Part shown: in pieces, positions 1-9,726 of the stretch
Layout of the letters: every line of letters starts with the position of its first letter
How positions within the stretch are numbered: the first letter of the stretch is position 1
Assembly (NCBI GenBank): GCA_963716745.1
Contig: OY970320.1
Span: 1 to 64,000, forward strand
Length of the DNA: 64,000 bases
DNA from: an uncultured Gemmatimonadaceae bacterium
GTDB taxonomy: Bacteria; Gemmatimonadota; Gemmatimonadetes; Gemmatimonadales; Gemmatimonadaceae
Reading direction: 5' to 3'
Translations under genes and position numbers: made by a program
The notes under the pieces: generated by a model
What the model was told of the DNA's origin: nothing
The model's input: only the letters and a program-made list of their open reading frames with translations
Databases searched by the model: none

Positions 1-2349
1 GAGATCGACATCGCCACGAAGTTCAGCCATCCGCACGTGCTGCCCCTCTACGACTCGGGCGACGCAGATGGGCAGCTCTTCTACGTCATGCCCTTCGTCG
101 AGGGCGAGTCGCTGCGCGGCAAGCTCGACCGCGAGAAGCAGCTCTCCGTGCCCGAGGCGGTGCGCATCGCCGCCGAAGTGGCCGACGCGCTCGACTACGC
201 GCACCGGCAGAACGTCGTGCACCGCGACATCAAGCCCGAGAACATCCTGCTCGAGGACGGCCACGCGCTCGTCGCCGATTTCGGCATCGCGCGCGCCGCG
301 GCCGCCGCCGGCGAGGAGAAGCTCACGCAGACGGGCGTTACGCTCGGCACGCCGGTGTACATGAGCCCCGAGCAGGCGATGGCCGACAAGGGGATCGACG
401 GCCGCGCCGACATCTACAGCCTCGGCTGCGTGCTGTACGAGATGCTGAGCGGCAATCCGCCGTTCGTCGGCCCCACGGCGCAGGCCATTCTCGCGCGCCA
501 CGCACTCGACCAAGTGCCGCTCCTCACGATCGTGCGCAACGCGATCCCCGACGAGGTCGAGGACGTGGTGCTCAAGGCGCTGGAGAAGGTGCCGGCCGAC
601 CGCTTCCAAACGGCGCGCGAGTTCGCCGACGCGTTGCGCGCGCCGCACAGTCCCGCGGGCGCGCGCCGCGCCACGGGCGGACGCGCACGCACCGGCGAAC
701 GCACGGGTGCCCGCTTCCGCGGCGCCGCAGCCCAAGAGCCGCGCCACAACGTGGATCGCGATCGGCGCGGTGGCCGTCGTCGCGGTGGCGGGATTCTTCG
801 GCTACCGCGCCACGAAGGGTCGCGGCGGCGCGACCGCGGCGGGCGGACTCGATCCGCGCCGCATCGCCGTGCTCTACTTCACCGACGCGACGCGCGATTC
901 GAGTCTCGGCTTCCTCGCGAGCGGCCTCACCGACGGACTGATCGCGCAACTCAGCAGCGTCGACGGGCTGAGCGTGATCTCGCAGGGCGGCGTGAGCGCC
1001 TATCGCGGCAGCGCGCTCGCCGCCGACAGCATCGCGCGCGCGCTCGACGCGGGCACGCTCGTGCGCGGCACGGTGGAGCGGGAAGGGGACAAGGTGCTCG
1101 TGAACGTGAAGCTCCTCGAGGGCACGAGCGGCGCCGACTTCCAGCGCGCGAGCTTCGAGCTGCCGGCCAAGAACATCACCGCGATCCGCGACACGCTCAC
1201 CGTGCAGGTGGCGCGCCTCATCCGCGCGCGGCTCGGCGAAGAAGTGAAACTGCGCGCCGATCGCGCCGGCACCGAGAACGCCGATGCGTGGGCGCTGCTC
1301 GAGCGCGCGAAGGAGCGCGAGCGCGCCGGCGGCGCGGCGATGGGGGCGGGGGACAGCTCGGCGATGCTCAGAGCGTTCTTCTCCGCCGATTCGCTGCTCG
1401 CCGCCGCCGCCGCGCTGGATGACGCATGGCCCGAGCCGGAGATCCGGCGCAGCGCGATCGACTACAAGACCTCGCGTTTCTATCGCGCCGATCCGCTGCG
1501 CGCTTCGCCGTGGATCGACAAGGGGCTCATCCAGGCGCAGAAGGCGGTGACCATCGCGCCGAACAACGCCGATGCCCTCGAGATCCTCGGCACGCTCCGC
1601 TATTGGCGCTACCTGCTGAATCTCGAGACCGATCCGAAGAAGCAGAAGGCGCTGCTCGACTCCGCGCGCGCCGATCTCGAGGCGTCCACCAAGATCTCGC
1701 GGTCGCAAGCGAGCGCCTGGGCCACGCTGAGCCACCTGTATTACCAGTACAACGACGTGTCGTCGGCCAAGCTCGCGGCACGCAGCGCGTACGAGGAGGA
1801 CGCGTTCCTCTCGAACGCCGACGTCGTGCTCTGGCGGCTCTTCACATCGAGCTACGATCTCGAGCAGATCCCCGACGCGATGCACTGGTGCGCCGAGGGC
1901 GCGCGCCGGTATCCGGGCGACGTGCGATTCCTGCAGTGCCAGCTGCGTCTCATGATCGCGAAACAGGTGCCGGCCGACGTGCCGCACGCGTGGCGCATCG
2001 CCGATTCGATCCAGAAGCTCACGCCGGAGAGCGACCGGCCGCTCGCGAAGCTGCAGGCCGAGGTGCTCGTCGCGGCGGCGCTCGCGCGCGCCGGCATGGC
2101 CGATAGCGCGCGCCATCTCCTGGCGCGCATCGACGATCCCGCCGACCTCGATCCCACGAAGGACCTCACGCTCGACAAGGGAATCGCGTATAATCTGCTC
2201 GGCGACAAAGACCAGGCTTTGAAGGCGCTGGCGACGTATGTGGCGGCTAACCCCGCTACCGCCAGCGACTTGAACAGTGAAAACAATTGGATGTGGCGGA
2301 ATCTCGGGACGACCCGAGATTCCAGGCGCTCGCAAAGAGTTCGAAGTAG
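1..2349 (+). CDS. Hanks-type Ser/Thr protein kinase with TM helix and TolB-like/TPR C-terminal region (5' partial; apparent frameshifts ~700 and ~2305)
   Basis: HRDIKPEN, DFG and GTPVYMSPE motifs in frame 1. Continues in ORF 707..2398 with a TM segment (WIAIGAVAVVAVAGFF) and an IAVLYF...LASGLTDGLIAQLS motif. The shifted frame gives the typical ending DDPRFQALAKSSK* at 2349, followed by a hairpin. Confidence 0.85.
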
Positions 2350-2355
2350 GCACGG

Positions 2356-2388
2356 CCGCCGCGCGCTGCGCGCGGCGGGAACTTTTTC
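2356..2388 (+). terminator. Probable intrinsic terminator
   Basis: 10-bp stem ccgccgcgcg/cgcgcggcgg followed by gaacttttt, just after the kinase stop. Confidence 0.6.
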
Positions 2389-2404
2389 TATTGGATAACA
2401 CACC

Positions 2405-4170
2405 ATGCGTCGACTGAACGTGCTTGCGATCCTTGCTGGTGCCTCCGTGTTCGCGGTGGCGTGCACCGGTGGCGACGCCACGCGCCCGGCGACCGATGGC
2501 GGCATGTCGCTCGACAAGCAAGGTGGCTCTTCCTGCGCCGAGATCACGCAGCAGCAGATCAATGCGCTCTTCCCGCCCGGCACGCGCGGCGACATCACGT
2601 CACAGCTCGCGCATATCCGCAACGACGTGAAGAAGGGGAACACGACGCAGGCGCAGACGGAGATGTTCCAGCTCTGGCAGGAGGTGCTGAACCTCTACTA
2701 CGCCGGCTCGCTGACGGGCGGTAAGTCATCCGACACGCAGTCGATGACGCTGAACTTCGGCGCGCAGGTGTACTGCCTGGTCGGCCTCGACGGATCGAGC
2801 TTCCTCGTGGGCAATCCCCTCGACGGGCCGAACAAGTTGCAGGTGGTGTTCCCGTCGGGCTCGGACCAGGATGTCGTGTCGGGCAACGGCGGCGGCGGCA
2901 CGCGGATCACGGGCGGCTCGCTCTCCGGTCCCGGCACGGTGACACTCGTGCTCGTGAAGGGGACGTTCGATCCGTTCAAGGGCCCGCTGAATACCAAGCT
3001 CGACCAGTACGGTCCGTTCTTCGAGATCCACATCGTGCCCGCGCAGTCGCTCAATACCACGATCACCGTCGCGCAGTGCCTCATCGCGCCGTCCGGTGAT
3101 GTTCCGGCGTCGGTGCACCTCGCACACAACGTCGGCAGCGGGATCGAGATCCTGCCGGCGGTCCAAAGCTTCCTGGATTGCAGCAACTTCACGGGCTACA
3201 CCGGCCCCTCGGCGTCGGAGTACTTCGCCTCGGGCGAAACGATGAACGCGCTGAAGGCGCTCGGCCGCGCGGCAATGCGCGCGGTGTCGCCGCGCGTCGC
3301 GTACGCCGGCGGCGTCGGCGTGGGCGGCAAGACGTCGAGCTTCAGCCCGTACGGCGGTGTCGATACGGCCACCGTGATCGAGTCGGCGTCGGCGACGACG
3401 CTCACCGGCCCGGCGGCGGCTCCGGTGGCGCCGGCGCCAAGCGTTCGCGTGCGCACCACAGGCGCGCACACGCCGCTCGACGGCGCGCATGTGCACTTCG
3501 CGATCACGGCGGGCAGCGGCGGTGTGACCGGCGCGGATGCAGATCACCGGCAATGATGGGATCGCGACGGTGGGCAGCTGGGCGATCAACGTCGGCGCGA
3601 ACTCCATGACGGCGACGGGTGCGTTCTCGGCGCCGCCGACCGGCGTTGGCGTCGGCATCGGCGGGAATCCGGTGACGTTCTCGGCCACCGGCGGCGACAT
3701 CATCTCGTGGGAAGGCAATGGCTACAGCTATCTCGCCGGCCCCGAGGACCATGACGCCGGATTCCAGGCGCCGTCGTTCGACGCGTCGTCGTGGAGCACC
3801 GGGCAGGGCGCGTTCGGCGACCACAGCGCCGGCAATCTCGTACTGCCCGCTCGACGCGAGCGTGCACACGAACTGGGTGTCCGTGCCGGTGGGCACCGAC
3901 ATGCTGCTCCGCCACACCTTCGCGGTGGGCGGCGGCTGGTCGCACGATCTCTCGATCTCGGTGGCGATCGACAACGACATCCAGATCTGGGTGAACGGCA
4001 CCGAGCTCACGAGCGGCCTCACGACACACGAGAACTGTGCGACGCGCGACAGCTTCGTGTTCACGATTCCGTCGTCGGTTCTCGTGACGGGCAACAACGT
4101 GCTGGCCATTCGCGCGCGCGACCGCGGCGTGGATGCGCTGGTGGATGCGCAGCTGACCGCAAAGCCGTAG
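2405..4170 (+). CDS. Putative lipoprotein, paralog A (Ig-like plus C-terminal beta-sandwich); apparent frameshifts ~3540 and ~3835
   Basis: Lipobox VFAVAC. Pieces in ORFs 2405..3556, 3537..4175 and 3718..4170 align in order with the downstream paralog. Confidence 0.75.
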
Positions 4171-4256
4171 TCTAGAGGAGAGCGAGCAGGACGAGGGGTG
4201 CCCGCGATCGGCAGGCGCCTCTCGTGCATCGACAACACTCACGAAAGGAAAGCACT

Positions 4257-6054
4257 ATGCGCCGTATCGCGTTGTTCTCGATGTTCGCGTTCGCAGCTCT
4301 CGTGGCGGTGGCCTGTTCCGGCGGTGGCGATGCCACGACCGCGCCGGCGATGAGTCAAGACCGTCACCGGAGCGATGACGACTACGGCGGCTACCGGCGG
4401 CACCATCCGATCAAGTGCCGGCAATTCGATGACGACGTCTTCCAGGATCTCTTCCAGCGCAGCGTGCGCGGCATCGTGCGCGCCGACGTCGCGTACATCC
4501 GTCTCCTGATGCGGAGAGGCAAGACGACCGACGCGCGCAATCGAGATGTTCCAGCTCTGGGACCTCGTGCTCAAGGCGTATTACCAGGGCGATCTGAAGG
4601 GCGGCAAGTCGAATGACACGCAGGACAACGTGCTCGAACTCGGCCAGCTGCTCTACTGCCTCGTGGGGCTCGATGGCTCGGGCCTCGCGCTCGGCGACGC
4701 ACTGGGCGACGGCGACGTGACACAGGTCGTCTTCCCGAGCACGCAGAACACCAATGTCGTGCACGGCAACGGCGACGGCGGATTGCGTGTGCCTCCGGGC
4801 GCGATCAACGGGCCGGTGACGGTCACGATCTCGCTCATCACCGATCCGTTCGACCCGTTCAAGGGTCCGCTGAATACCAAGCTCGACCAGTACGGCCCCT
4901 TCTTCCTGTTCGAAGTCGTGCCATTGGACGCGTTGGTGCAGCCGGTGGACGTCGCGCAGTGCTTCGACAACGCGCCTCCGGCGAGCACACACATCGCCCA
5001 CAATGTGGGCACCGGCATCGAGATCCTTGGCCGGGAAGATCCGTTCCTCGATTGCAGCGGCACGGCGACGAATCCGCCGAGCGCGTCGGTTCTCTTCGCG
5101 CGCGGCGAGACGTGGAACGCGATGCGCGCGATCGGCCGCAGCGCCGCCCGGGCGATCATGCCCGGCGTCGCCAATGCGGGCGGCGTGGGCGTCGGTGGCA
5201 AGACATCGAGCTTCAGCCCCTACGGCGGCGTGGACACGGCGGTCGTGATCGACACAGTGACGCCGAGCAATGTGTTCCAGTTCGCGCCGGCCGGCACGGC
5301 GGTCGCGAATCCGCCCAAGGTGCTCGTGCACACGACCGGCGCGAAGACGCCGCTCGACGGCGCGAACGTCACCTTCGCGGTGACGTCCGGCGGCGGCACG
5401 CTCACCGGCTCGAGCGCGGTGACGGATGTCACCGGGACCGCGAGCGCGAGCAGCTGGACGATCAACGCCGGCACGAACACGGTGAACGCGACGGCCGCGT
5501 TCCCGCCGCCGGCAGTGGGCGGCAACATCGGCGTCGGTGGGAATCCGATCGTCTTCACGGCCACGGGTGGCGACATCATCCCGTGGCAGGCAACGGGCTA
5601 CAAGTACCTCGTGGGGCCGGCGGATCAGACGCCCGGCTTCGAGGCCACATCGTTCAACGACGCCTCGTGGAGTACGGGGCAGGGCGGCTTCGGCGATCAC
5701 ACCGCTGCGAACGCCTACTGCCCGATCGACGCGACCGTGAACACGAATTGGGTGTCCGTGCCTGCTCCGACGGACATGCTGCTGCGGCACACCTTCACGC
5801 TTCCGCAGGGCTGGAACAAGACGCTGACGCTCTCGATCGCGATCGACAACGACATCCAGATCTTCGTGAACGGCACGCAGATCACCGACGGCCTGCAGAC
5901 GCATGAAGGGTGCGCGACGCAGGGCAGTTCGGTGTTCACCATTCCGGCATCGCTGCTCGTGGGCGGCACGAACGTGCTCGCCGTGCGCGCGCGCGATCGC
6001 GGGGTGGATGCATTCGTCGATGTCAACCTGGCAGTCACGCCACCCTCCCCGTGA
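4257..6054 (+). CDS. Putative lipoprotein, paralog B; apparent frameshift ~4540
   Basis: RBS gaaagga, lipobox LVAVAC. Shares FDPFKGPLNTKLDQYGPFF, GGVGVGGKTSSFSPYGGVDTA and IAIDNDIQI blocks with paralog A. Confidence 0.75.
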
Positions 6055-6065
6055 AACCGCAAACC

Positions 6066-6115
6066 GCGTGAGTAACGAGTCGTGCGTAGCGATACGCACG
6101 ACTCGTTACTCACGC
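6066..6115. repeat. Perfect 23-bp inverted repeat with GCGA loop between convergent genes
   Basis: gcgtgagtaacgagtcgtgcgta-gcga-tacgcacgactcgttactcacgc; arms have 7-bp periodicity. Confidence 0.9.
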
Positions 6116-6125
6116 AGTACGTTTC

Positions 6126-7847
6126 TCAGCGGGGGTATGTCAGGCTCGTGGAGGTCGTCACGAACTCACGCCCGAACGCCATGTCGAGCGGCTCGTGGAA
6201 GGCGCCGAGCTGCGCGATGTTGCTCACCGTGAGCCGCACCTCCCAGCGCGCGAATTGATCGGGGCTCACCGGCACCGCGAGGTCCACGCGATAGGTGCGC
6301 CGCGATCCCACCGGCGACGCGAGCAGCAGCCCGACGCCGACGCCGGCCTTGAAGGGCGTGGTCGTGCCGAAGGGGATGTCGCCGGCGTACACCTTGCCCA
6401 CATCGGTGAACACCGCGAGGCCCACGTCGGCGCGGTCCATGATGCTCCCAAGGAACCAGCGGTCCTCGAGCTTGAGCGCGACGCGCTCGCCGCCGGCATC
6501 GTGTGACGATCCGTAGCCGCGCACGCCGCCCTCCACCTGGCCCAGATCGAGTTCGAAGGGGCGCGTCGTCTGCCACCCGCCGCCGAACTCGGCATCGACG
6601 ATGAGCGTGTTGATCTGTCCGAATCGCTGGTAGAGCTTCGCGCTCGCGCTCGCCAGCGCATCGCTCCACCCGCCGCCGGAGCCTCCGCGGCGCGCTTCCA
6701 TGATCGCCTGCACGAAGGCGTACGTCCGTCCGCCGCCGCCGCCCGCGAAGATCTTGTTCGACAGGAAGAGGTCGGCTTCCGAGCCATCAATGTTGCCGAA
6801 GCCGCGCCCCACCAGGCCGTCGAACTCGAATCCGGTGCGGAGATCCTGATAGCCATTCACGGTGCCCAGGCGCGTCGCCCGTTCGAAGCGGATGCCGCGC
6901 AGCTGCACGATGAGATTCGCCCGCACGCTCCGTCGCGCCACGTAGCGCATGAGCAGGCTGTCATAGGAGACGCCGCTGTCGAATCCAACGAAGGGGATGC
7001 TCGCGGCATCGAACTCGGTGCTGAGCGCGCCGCCGAGGAGCAGCACGGCCCCCGGCTTGCCCAGTCGCACGGCATCGCCGGCGAAGGCGAACTGACGGTG
7101 CTGGCCCATGTTGAAGGACGTCGTATCGGCCCGCTGGAACGGTGCGAGCAACGTCACGTCGGCGAGCGAGCCGCGCCACGCATTGCGCTGCGCGTCCGAG
7201 AAGAACGGATGGCTCATGTCGCCCGCGTAGCTCGCCTCACCCACCTGCCCGCGCGCCGCCGCGAGTTGCAGTTGCCATGGATGTTCGAAGATCGCGTAGT
7301 TCGTGTACGCGATCCCGAACCCCTCGCGGCTGTCGGTGTGCACCCAGCTCCCGGCGATGCTCATGCCGCTGCCGCCGATGTTCCCGTCGCCGAGGGTGAG
7401 CGCGGTGACGAATGGACTCTGCCCCGAGAGGCGGGTCGCGATGATGAAGGTGAATTCGTCCTGGGTGGACACCACCAAGAGCACTGTGCCGCTGCTGTCC
7501 GGCACGACGGCGATGTGCGCGTCGGCGATGAAGGGTTGCGCGCGCAGGATGCGCTCCGATTCCCGCATGAGGAACCGGTCGCACTTGTCGCCGGGCTTGA
7601 GCAGCATGAGCGATTGAACGACCGAAGCTTTCGTGACGGTATGCGTATTGTTCATGACGCGCACCGGCGTCGACCACCAATCCTTGGACGGATGCTCCAG
7701 CGGCGGCAACGCGAGCACGGTGACGGCGGTGATCGTCTGGCCGGCGCACGTCGTATTCGGCGGCTCCACTTGCGCTGCCAACGCCGGCGCGCCAATGACG
7801 CACGCGGCGGCTGCCGCGATGCGCGCTCGCCGGGCTGCGCCCGTCAC
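6126..7847 (-). CDS. Omp85/BamA-TamA-like outer membrane protein (POTRA-like plus beta-barrel)
   Basis: Signal peptide (APALAAQ), POTRA-like LKPGD...ESERILRAQPFI segment, amphipathic beta strands, VRGY loop motif. GTG start overlaps the GT9 stop. Confidence 0.65.
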   Translation of the reverse strand: MTGAARRARIAAAAACVIGAPALAAQVEPPNTTCAGQTITAVTVLALPPLEHPSKDWWSTPVRVMNNTHTVTKASVVQSLMLLKPGDKCDRFLMRESERILRAQPFIADAHIAVVPDSSGTVLLVVSTQDEFTFIIATRLSGQSPFVTALTLGDGNIGGSGMSIAGSWVHTDSREGFGIAYTNYAIFEHPWQLQLAAARGQVGEASYAGDMSHPFFSDAQRNAWRGSLADVTLLAPFQRADTTSFNMGQHRQFAFAGDAVRLGKPGAVLLLGGALSTEFDAASIPFVGFDSGVSYDSLLMRYVARRSVRANLIVQLRGIRFERATRLGTVNGYQDLRTGFEFDGLVGRGFGNIDGSEADLFLSNKIFAGGGGGRTYAFVQAIMEARRGGSGGGWSDALASASAKLYQRFGQINTLIVDAEFGGGWQTTRPFELDLGQVEGGVRGYGSSHDAGGERVALKLEDRWFLGSIMDRADVGLAVFTDVGKVYAGDIPFGTTTPFKAGVGVGLLLASPVGSRRTYRVDLAVPVSPDQFARWEVRLTVSNIAQLGAFHEPLDMAFGREFVTTSTSLTYPR

Positions 7848-8857
7848 TCGACGAGCGAGCGAACGGCCGCGAAGACGTGCTCCGGCAGCACGTCCGCGCT
7901 GTATTCCTCTCCCTCGCTCGCGGCGCGCGCCCGGGCACGCCGGTCGGCGTGCGGCGGCTTCGCGCCCGCGAGCGCGATCACGGTCGGGCGCTCGGGCGCC
8001 CACGCGAGCGCGGGCGTCGCGCCGAAGATCGTCACGCGGGGAATGCCGAGTGCGTCGGCCATGTGCGCCGGCCCGGTATTGCCCGATACGAACGCATCGC
8101 ACGCGGCCAGCATTCCGAGGAAGCGGCGAAGACCGCGCGGTGCGACGACCACCTCGGGCGCGAGCGCGCGCAATTCGGCGATCCGTTCTTCGTCGCCCGG
8201 CGCATCGAACACGAGCGGGGTCAACGCAGCCTCGCGCAACGACCGCACCAGCGCGGCGAAGTGCCGCAGCGGCCAGTTCCGCGCGCGCTCCGACGTGCTC
8301 AGTTGCATCCCGATCCGAGGCCGCCCCGCTGGCGCACCCGCGGCGACGAGCGCCGCCTCGCCGTTCGCCCGTTCGGCCGCGGTGATCTCGAGGTGGGGCA
8401 GCGTGTCGCCCACCGCGATGCCCGCCGCTTCGAGCAGCCGCCGGCGCGCGCGCACGGCGTATTCGCGATCGAGCACGCGTTCCACCGCATGCGTGTACGC
8501 CGCGCCCCACACGCGCTGACGCCAGCCAATGCGCACCGGCGCGCCCGAGAGCCGCGTAAGGATCGCCGTACGCGGACTCGACTGCACATCGATCACCCAG
8601 TCGTAGCCACGGCGGCGAATGGCGCCCGCCATCCGGAGCGGCGGCGCCGCGTCGACGATGATGCGTTCGGCGATGAGCGGGTGATGTTCGAGCAGCGGCG
8701 CGGCCGCCGCGCCGACGCCGAAGTCGATCGCCGCCGAGGGAAATGCGCGATGGAGATCGTCCAGCAGGGCGGTCGTGAGCACGACATCGCCCAGCAACCC
8801 CTTCTGGATGAGGAGAATGCGAGCAGGAGGGGATCGGTGCGGGGCGGGGGGCGTCAC
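7844..8857 (-). CDS. Glycosyltransferase family 9 (ADP-heptose:LPS heptosyltransferase-like)
   Basis: LLGDVVLTT, RNWP and FVSGNTGPAHMADALG motifs. Confidence 0.85.
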   Translation of the reverse strand: MTPPAPHRSPPARILLIQKGLLGDVVLTTALLDDLHRAFPSAAIDFGVGAAAAPLLEHHPLIAERIIVDAAPPLRMAGAIRRRGYDWVIDVQSSPRTAILTRLSGAPVRIGWRQRVWGAAYTHAVERVLDREYAVRARRRLLEAAGIAVGDTLPHLEITAAERANGEAALVAAGAPAGRPRIGMQLSTSERARNWPLRHFAALVRSLREAALTPLVFDAPGDEERIAELRALAPEVVVAPRGLRRFLGMLAACDAFVSGNTGPAHMADALGIPRVTIFGATPALAWAPERPTVIALAGAKPPHADRRARARAASEGEEYSADVLPEHVFAAVRSLVE

Positions 8858-8908
8858 CCGCGCGAATCTAGGGAGCGGCCACGGAGCGCGGAAGCGCCGC
8901 GGCGCGAA

Positions 8909-9133
8909 CTACATCTGTGTCGCGCCCGTCTCCGTCGGCACCTTGCGTCCGCGTGAGATCACCCACGCGGCCGAGACTTCGGCGCCATTCGGCATGTGCC
9001 CCTCGAGTCCACCATCGGGCCGCAGCGTGATCTCGTAGACGTCATCCTCCACCTGCCAGAGTCCGGCGGCCCACGCGAGAAAGGATTCGCTGCCGGGACT
9101 GGTGGTGAAGAGTGGGTCTGCGACGTCGGCCAT
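8909..9133 (-). CDS. Hypothetical small protein
   Basis: 74-aa ATG ORF with protein-like composition filling an otherwise empty interval. Confidence 0.4.
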   Translation of the reverse strand: MADVADPLFTTSPGSESFLAWAAGLWQVEDDVYEITLRPDGGLEGHMPNGAEVSAAWVISRGRKVPTETGATQM

Positions 9134-9201
9134 GGGACTCTGCTCTGGGGTGTGGCGTGCGGCGGGGCATCTGTTAGACGATTCAAATGCGGCGATTACT
9201 A

Positions 9202-9240
9202 CAGACTTAGACGCTAGACCTAGACGTTAGAAGGCGTGCG
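9202..9240 (+). repeat. TAGAC-based 6/7-bp tandem repeat, copy 1
   Basis: cagact tagacgc tagacc tagacgt tagaaggcgtgcg. Confidence 0.8.
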
Positions 9241-9244
9241 CCGC

Positions 9245-9272
9245 GAAACCAGGGGCCCGGGGATGACGTAAT
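9245..9272 (+). promoter_or_regulatory. Candidate ECF-sigma promoter
   Basis: GAAAC-N17-CGTAAT upstream of RBS aggagg and ATG 9294. Confidence 0.35.
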
Positions 9273-9293
9273 GTGCGCAGGAGGAAACACCCT

Positions 9294-9584
9294 ATGGGAA
9301 TCATCAGCATTGCGATCTCTGTGGTCGCCGTACTGTTCGGCTACGTGAACAGTCGATTTTTCGTACGCAACAAGCTTCGCTACGTCGATGCCGCGCAGAA
9401 GGGGCTCGCGCCGCTCGTGGCGGGCGGGGTAGCCGCACTCGTGGCGTGGCCCATCCTCGCGATTCTGCCGTTGGTCGGCCTCGGCCTGGGTACCGCCTTG
9501 CTGTTCGGCGCGAGCGTCGGACTCGGCGTCGCCGCGGGGGCGAAGGACGTGCGGCGGATCAACGCGGGGCTGCTGGAACCCTGA
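9294..9584 (+). CDS. Small membrane protein, unknown function
   Basis: Strong RBS (aggagg); three hydrophobic segments. Confidence 0.7.
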   Translation: MGIISIAISVVAVLFGYVNSRFFVRNKLRYVDAAQKGLAPLVAGGVAALVAWPILAILPLVGLGLGTALLFGASVGLGVAAGAKDVRRINAGLLEP

Positions 9585-9594
9585 GCGGCGGCCG

Positions 9595-9628
9595 TTAGAC
9601 TGAGACGTTAGACGTTGGAAGGCGGGCG
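9595..9628 (+). repeat. TAGAC-based tandem repeat, copy 2
   Basis: ttagact gagacgt tagacgt tggaaggcgggcg; last 20 nt match 9221-9240 at 18/20 positions. Confidence 0.75.
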
Positions 9629-9726
9629 TCGGAGTTGCCGTCCGCTCTGCCCGTCGCGAGATTCTGAGGATCGATCCGCCCCGTTCGGGGCGTCGCCGTT
9701 CCCTCTCTCAGGATCCCGTACCCCAC

